Source of the DNA: Sphagnum compactum
Taxonomy: Eukaryota
Reading direction: 5' to 3'
NCBI GenBank assembly: GCA_965153455.1
Contig: OZ234493.1
Span: forward strand, 22,930,213 to 22,994,212
DNA: 64,000 bases
The notes under the pieces were generated by a model. The model was given only the letters and a program-made list of their open reading frames with translations, ran no database searches and was not told the origin of the DNA. Below are positions 56,658-64,000 of this stretch, one piece after another (positions within the stretch are counted from its first letter, which is position 1; each line of letters opens with the position of its first letter). The position numbers and the translations under genes are program-made.

Positions 56658-56761
56658 ATCGATAGACTCTGCTGTATTGGTGATTTCTGCTGGAGTTTTT
56701 CTTGGATTGCTGTCTGGGGGTAGTGAGCGAGACTAATGCGTTTTGGCTATGTGTAGGAAGC

Positions 56762-59700
56762 ATGATGGATAAAGGCAAGAAGGCGAAGCTGGATGACGAA
56801 GAAGGTTCCGAACTGGACACAGAGTTGGTGATGGCCATTGAGAAGCTACAAGAAGTTCAGGATGAACTGGAACGGGTCAGTTTGTTTTCTCTAATCTTCA
56901 GCCCCTCCTTCATCATGGATACAAAAGGAAACTGTTGTACAGATTTTAAGAACTACAACATACTGGTCAATGCCACCAGGATCTATGGCTTTTCTCTTGG
57001 TTTTGGCAAGGCCTACTCCATTCCAATGTAAAACCCTGGTAAACCCTTATGTCATTGTTGAGGTACAATGGTGAAAGTTTTGTGGGGTTGCAATTGTGTA
57101 TGTTCCCATGCAAGTCTTTTTGGGACTTTCTAGTGAGAATTTGAAAGCTTGATTTCAAATTGGACATGGCATTCCTCTTTCTACATGAAAGCATTTTACA
57201 AGTTAAGAGAAAAAAATGCAAGATGTGTCTTTAGAGCCCAGTCAAAGAGACCAGCACTGGTTGTGAGAGTCCAATGGCTGGCTACTGGGGTGAATGGGCT
57301 CTGAGTAAGGTGTGCTCTTGTGTAGCTGTTTTTCCTCTCTCTTGTTTTGTTGTGACATGCATTTAGCCGAGAGGAGGTTGCCTGCTCAGGCTAGCTCCAT
57401 TGAGTTCTTAATTGATTTACTCTCATGTCTAACTCCAGAGTATTCTTGCACTCCGATGTGTGTTCTCAACATCCAGGGGCTGTTCAGATAGAGCTTGACG
57501 AACAATGTAATGGTTAATAGGTGAATGAGGAGGCCAGCGACAAGGTTTTGGAGGTGGAGCAGAAGTACAATGAAATACGGCGGCCTGTTTACAACAAACG
57601 AAATGACATTATCCGCAGCATTCCTGATTTCTGGCTAACTGCGGTATGCTTGCTGTTGTTTCTTCAACCTTCAGAAATATTGTTTAAACCACAGAGTTGT
57701 TAGAGATAGCAATTGGTTTGGTGTTATTTTGTGCTGATGTATTGCAGCTAGGGTTAAGTTCAGTGTCAAAACCAAAAGTTTGGGAAAGCATTTTGGTGCA
57801 CTACTGCTCTAGAGCAATGGCTGTTGATTTTTCATGGTCTATTGTCATGTGCAGTTTTTGAGCCATCCAGTGCTTAGTGATCTCTTGACAGATGAGGACC
57901 AAAAGGCAGGTTTCTTTTCATTGTTCTTTCCAATCTTTCTGCAGTTGAAAAGATGTGAATATCTGGAAATGCTTGAGAAAGTCATGCAACATTCATTAGC
58001 TGACCTACATGCAAGCAGCAAATAAAGTGGAATTTATATTTGCTGTTAGATGGATTGTAATTTTTGCAGTCTTGGTGTTTGCTTTTATGCACTTAGAAAT
58101 ATGTCTCTAGCTTAAAGTGTGCAGCTAATGAGTGTTGGGTCTGCTCTGTTCTAGGTGTTCAAGTACCTGGACTCACTTGATGTAGAGGACTTCAAGGATG
58201 TGAAATCTGGGTACAGCATTAACTTTGTGAGTGTATTCTTCCTAATATACTGTCACATGATTTGACTGATGCTCGGATCCTTTAGTAGCAGATGTCAATT
58301 TGACATTCCCATAACATGCAAGCCTGCCTGGTTTGTTGGCTGGTAAAATTGCACAGATGAAGAATTTGATAATCAGGACAGAAGTATGACAATAGCTGCT
58401 CTTTGTAAATGCTACTGCAGGCTCTTTGGTTGTGACATTATTCTCACCCCCTTGCCAATTCCTAGCCCATCTTGAACTGTGCTGGAAGGCCCATTTGATG
58501 AAATTACAAGGTGTTTTGTATCAATGGAATTGCATCTTGTCCTGGTTATGCCAGCCTAACATCTGGCATTTTTGCACAAAGGTTGCTATTATGTGAAATG
58601 ACGCTCATATAAGTGTGCTGGTTTGCAGATATTTAGTTCCAACCCTTATTTTGAAGATACAAAACTGACAAAAGTATTTCGATTTTCGGATGAGGGTACT
58701 ACATCAGTGTCTGGAACCCAGCCACGGTGGAAGGATGGCATGGTAATATTTCTATTCACATGTGCTGAAAGGTTTTCATGCTGATTGGGTTTCTGGCCAT
58801 TTCTGAGTACTTGACCACCTCTGGATTTGTAGTTCAAGGAGAAACCACATTTCAAGGCTTCTTTTTACATTGTGTAAACCATGTAACAGCATGGTGAAGA
58901 AAAATAAAAGGTGGATGTAATCAGCACTATCTTGACATGTTTGCAATGTTGTGATGGAGCCTCTTCATTTTAATACTCTGAGAACTTTATTAGTGTAGAG
59001 TGGTGATTCACACATTAGGGAGTATCCACATGCAGTCAAGGTGAAATAATCCTCCCAGTACAGGATCCAGATGTGGCCAATGCTGCTGTTGGTCATTGGC
59101 AACGAAGTCCAGTGCTATGCACTTTTCACAGTTAATGTGGGACCTTCACTTTATGGCTGTTGCTTTGTTGTTGATATGTGGGGCATACTGAGAAATCATG
59201 CCAGCTGTGACAGGGCTTGGGTTGGAACATTGAGTGGGTGGTTAGACATTCATGATTAGGTGTAAAACATCTATTTGGTAAGGTGCTTGGCTAGAGTGGC
59301 ACAAGACTGACAATGCGGGGATTGGCAGGATTTGACAAATGGTGTAATCCAAGATAAAGAAGGCCACAAGCGGTCCCATGTTGAGGATAGGTTTGTGCTG
59401 TTGAATGCTGTCTTTCTTATTGCAAACTCTGTTTGATGTGTATGTGTGTCCCTTTCTGTTGCATCAAAGTCACTTGCTGGGGTCTAGTATTGGTGAATCA
59501 GGCCTTGTTCTGCCAGGAGGATGGAGGACTTCTTTTGTGTATGGCGCATCACTAAATTGCAGACAATGCAAGAAATTAGGGGCTGGGTCTTCAAAATATA
59601 AGTCAGTTTGAAAGCATGTCCATTCTGTCTATTTCCACAGTTCTTTGTGATGGTGCAGTCGATAAGTCTAATGAGGTGGGTTTGTGCAGTTTTTTCAAGT

Positions 59701-60514
59701 GGTTCTATGATACACAACAGAAGGAGGCAATGGATTCCCTTCAAGATGAGGTTCAGCTTGTCTTGCTCTTCTTTTCTGTGTGGTTTTGGATTCGTATCTG
59801 CTATTGTTGCATGTCCTTTCAGTTCTCTGTTTTCACTGAGGTAATAGGCAATGAGACGCATTTTCTGGTTTCACATGTTGCTGGATGATGGTATCAGGCA
59901 TGGTGGAACATAGGCTATGTGACACCTATATCTTGTTCTGTTACCATGTGGTTCTTGTTTATAACAGAAATAGCTAGGGAGATGGAAGCAGAATTGCAGG
60001 AACTGATATTTTCTTGGATTGCAGTTTGCAGAGGTGATCAAGGATGATCTGTGGCCCAACCCCCTTAAGTATTTCAACAATGTAAGTCCCTGCGTGAACC
60101 CACTATGCTTGTAAAAGGTCTATGCTGGTTTGTCCTTGATAGTGCATGGGCTATTGTTTTGTTTGGTAGGTGCTGAAGTTGAAGTATTTCTCTTAATGCA
60201 GGAGCAGGATGAGGACGAATATGAAGACGATGTTGAGGAGGATGAAGAAGATGCAGTAAGTGCTACTATCATCTCTCTATGTTTTAGTGGTTTACTTGTG
60301 AAGGTCTGGAGATTTTGTACTGGGTTAACTGAAAAGTTTGTTTCAGCTTTCAACATCAGTAGGGTTTTGTGCTGAAAATACTGAACGGGCATCCTTGTAT
60401 CTGGGTTTCACAGTTTTGTGGATTTCCTCTGACATTTTGCAGGGAAAGGGCGCTGGCGGCCTTGATGATGATGATGAAGAGCCTGATGAAGATGAAGAGG
60501 AAGAGGAGCCTTGA
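56762..60514 (+). CDS. NRP: NAP1-related protein (NRP / SET-TAF-I family histone chaperone); 10 exons: 56762-56875, 57521-57643, 57855-57905, 58155-58226, 58629-58742, 59329-59390, 59690-59750, 60025-60081, 60202-60255, 60443-60514; 259 aa
   Basis: Joined exons total 780 nt. Motifs: [90 protein letters not shown] and an acidic C-terminal tail. Intron 3 needs a GC donor. Confidence 0.94.
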
Positions 60515-61425
60515 GTCAATAGATGACTGTCACTGTTGTGTTATTTTGTTATTCACAACAGCAACTGAGTTTTTTGCCAGATTAGGGGAGTTAGTACATG
60601 ATACCCTTGTTGGAGGGCACATGTTTGTAGATGCAGACTCCAGGATCCTGCAATGGATGCATTTCTAGCTGTTAAAGCAGGTGCACAGGGATCAATTTTC
60701 TGCCTAGTTCTTTAATGGGGCAATGGCCATCATTATGAGCACTCTGCACAAGGAAGGTAGGCAGTTTTTATTTTCTGGATTGTGTGGTTTCTGAGAAAGA
60801 GCACCATCACCTTACTAGAGATGGATGTGGTTACACATGTATTGTCCCCACAGCGGTTGGAAAGTAGTTTTGCTGTGATATGATATGAGAGTGCAAGTTC
60901 TGTTGATTCCTGGATTGGAAATTTTTGCTATCACTGATTTGAGCCTTTTTGTATTTCCTACTTCTGTTATTTTGAGCAAAGAATCATAAAGGAAATCTGT
61001 ATATGTTTGAAAAGGGTTATGATAGGGCCATAATGGAATTTAACACATGTTTATGTGTAGGCTGTTCTGAGGTATTTGAGCAATGGTTTTTGTTAGTCCC
61101 AACCGGTACAATAAATCACAAGACAATCTTCCAGAATAATGTGCATGTTTTAGGAAACAGTAGCACAGAACACAATAATTTCATCCCATTTGATGCTTTT
61201 GCACTATTGATTTTCTCCACTGGGACTCAATAGTAATCTTCATGCTGCCTTGCTATCCGAACAAGTGTATCTTAAGCTTTGCTGCATTAGTTTCAGGATA
61301 CAAAAGGGTCTATATATTGAGAAGCAAAAGATTGCATAATGCCAAAAGAACCAGGTAATACCACAAAGACGGGTGTGACAGGAAAAATTGAAGTTGATAC
61401 TCAATCTTGTCAAGCCTTACAATAC

Positions 61426-63945
61426 TCAAGTATCTCTCTTCACTCCAAGAGTAATGTAATTTACACTGGTATCTTCTGATAAGGACCATTTCTGGCTGAA
61501 AGGATTATACACCATGCCTGCCATCTCCTCAACCTGTAAACACACCACCATGCATAGCTATCAGCTAACTGCATAGCTATTTATTTAACAAGCAAAAGCT
61601 TCACCAATTGCACATCTTCTGTTTGCAAAGATGTGATAATCTTGTCAGAGCCAACTGTAAAAGGACAAGATAAAGATGTCATTTTACCGAGAGTGAAGCC
61701 TTTCCCATGAGAAGAGCAAGCTCCTCTGGCGTCACAAACTTTGACCAATTATGTGTCCCTCGAGGTAACTGCAAAATCTCAACAGCAAAAGATCTCACAA
61801 ATCTGATAAACCCTCAATCACTTTCCCATGTCCTTAGGGATCATATTTTGCCTTTTTCCTACTCAAAATAAGTGTTTTAAGTTTTAAGCCTTCTAGCTTG
61901 TCTGACATGCCATTTTCTGCAATTATTTGGTGACAATATACTCTTGTGCCTGCAGTCTGACTAAGCGAAGGAGCGTACAGCTCCCAGTAAAACTGCCTGC
62001 TAATTTCAATTCAGATCTCAGTCCTGCTGTCCAACATTATAATCTCATACAAACAGCATCAGAATATCAGTATTTCAATGTTCAGGATTAGGCATAAGCA
62101 CTAATAAGGATGAAAACAAATTGGATGTCACAAATGAAACCAAACTTGCAAAAAGCACTATGCACTCACTATCTGGAGAATACAGAAGCTAAGAGAATGA
62201 TAAATGCAACAATGAACATTATGGTAAGTCAACTCATCTGCCATACTGTTGTAACAGCAGTAAGACCAGTTATGCTTAAGATTCAAAGGAGATTTACTGA
62301 GGAAGAGAAAACATACCCATCCGAGGACATACTCAGCAGCAACAATTGCCAGGCCAAATGACTGTATTGAGCGATTGAGAGTGGATATGAACACTATCCC
62401 ATTCTTCTTTGTTAGTGCTGCAAGAGACTTGCAAAACTCCATTGGATCTGCAACATGTTCTATCACCTAGAATGCCCCATCCCATGACCTTGCCTTGAGC
62501 TTCTCAGCCATCATGTAACAACTTCACCAAGCCTCTATTTACCTGCAGTCAGGAAGACTCCACTCTTTTGAGATGGTCCCTAACATGCTTTGCTGTTTAT
62601 GAGCAAGAGCAGTCTATGCTTTTGCTCATGGCAACAAAGCATGTTAAGCACAACCTCAAAAGTACAATCCTACTGAAAGACACTTAACTGTGCTGTGCTC
62701 AAGGCAGTGTGCAAGTTCTCTGCAGTGTCATTTAGCATACCAAGGCAAAGCAAGATTTTGAGATCACATGCCATTGGAGAAGGGCACAGGAGGCAAACCT
62801 CAAGAGCAATAACAACATCAAATTTCTCCTGCTCATGCACCATCTGCTCTGCAAGCAACAGCTCTCCTCGTTACAGGGGTTCAGACATTTACACAACATG
62901 CAGCTGCACCCCAACTCCATCAATTTCTCAGATGTCCATCCTTCTCTCACTCCAGATCTACCAGCTCCAAATACACAAGAGGACAAGAAAGGATGTATGA
63001 AAGCCCTTGGGAGGAGAAAAGCAGAGAGTAAAACATACCAGCTGTGGTACACAGATACTTGATTGAAGCTGTTGCTGGATCCCGTGCCTGTGTCCACACC
63101 AAAACAAACCCAATGAATCAGGAAGTTACCATAAGTACATGCACGCTACAATATCATGATTCTTTGCTGACGGGAGATAGAAATTTCCCCAATAACTGCC
63201 AAAGCACACCACATAAGAAAGTTTGAAATGAGCACTGGGGAAGAGAGATAGACAGAGAGAAAGACCGCATGCAAGGATGCCACACCAAGGTTCTTCTCAA
63301 CAGCATCAATGCCTGTTATTAGCCCTCCCATTCTTGCAAGTGGCTGCGCAAACCAATTTCAACATCTACACAATCAATGAACAAAAATTGTGTAACAGGA
63401 TTTAAAAGCCAACATGAGTTAAGTCAATGTTTCATATCTCATTTCAATCCATCTGATAGTAGGAAAAAAAATTCAAAAAATACTAAAGCAGTCTGTAATG
63501 GAAAACATTCCCAGAAGTATGTCAGTACTACATCTCTAGGAAAAGCTCAAAGCCTCAACACAGGAATTGTGAGACCAATACTTACTTCACAGAGAAGTCC
63601 ACCCCCACAACCCACATCAACAATCTGCAGGCCCTCCAATGGCCGTGCAGAATTTGCATCCTTTCTGCAGATGAATATTTGCAAAGGAGAATCATTAGAA
63701 AACCAAATGCTCCAAAACCACGTACACACAAATAATCTGATTGTCCCCACATCTAGATGAAGTACTTGCACTGCTACAGAGTTCTTCAGAAAAAGAATAG
63801 CTGGTAATTATGCAAATGAACTGTACATTCACAAATGAGGCAATTGTTTCCAAACCTGAAATGGCGGCAGATAGTGGAGCGGATGAAGGAAATTCGGATC
63901 TGGTTCATGATATGCAGTGGCTTAAAAGGTCCTTGGTAATCCCAC
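61426..63945 (-). CDS. COQ3: Ubiquinone biosynthesis O-methyltransferase COQ3 (UbiG family), 5' end outside the window; exons 63945-63856, 63664-63586, 63343-63266, 63087-63039, 62848-62799, 62466-62317, 61768-61688, 61533-61426
   Basis: Phase-compatible GT-AG exons encode [30 protein letters not shown] motif [68 protein letters not shown] and [18 protein letters not shown]. Confidence 0.94.
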
Positions 63946-64000
63946 CTGCCAAGAGGCACACAACAATATTCAGCATTACACCTCCCCATTCAAGAAGCCA

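Noticed and set aside
21650-64000. Apparent methyltransferase cluster (SABATH, PIMT, COQ3), and a SABATH relic near a TIFY gene suggesting a jasmonate module
   Set aside because: The families are unrelated, two of the three are dead relics, they are tens of kb apart, and the TIFY protein lacks a Jas motif. There is no evidence of a functional cluster.

Overview
Eukaryotic, intron-rich, AT-rich land-plant nuclear DNA, probably a moss such as Sphagnum (inferred from the moss-type 5S sequence, the PLS-class PPR relic and the repeat landscape). Three complete spliced genes can be reconstructed by hand: RPT3 proteasome AAA-ATPase (+, 17621-20946, 419 aa), a TIFY8-like Jas-less TIFY protein (-, 29687-31678, 448 aa) and an NRP-type NAP1/SET histone chaperone (+, 56762-60514, 259 aa, one GC-AG intron). 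The 3' part of COQ3 (-, 61426 to beyond the window end) is also present. Between the genes lie decayed transposons (MULE-like transposase, Ty3/gypsy integrase, CACTA ends, PIF/Harbinger MITEs, Helitron ends, a foldback-like element) and gene relics (PIMT, SABATH, PPR, UMAMIT/WAT1). The most unusual observations are a perfect spacer-less 106-bp palindrome just downstream of the TIFY stop, a 5'-truncated 5S rRNA copy with a ~250-bp tail and a near-identical flanking repeat (SINE3-like candidate), a 132-bp mini-CACTA element with a 3-bp TSD in a PIMT exon, and a ~290-bp tandem array running into the RPT3 promoter with a CpG-decay gradient. There is no CRISPR array or prokaryotic system. No database search or computation was run, so all family calls rest on recognised motifs.
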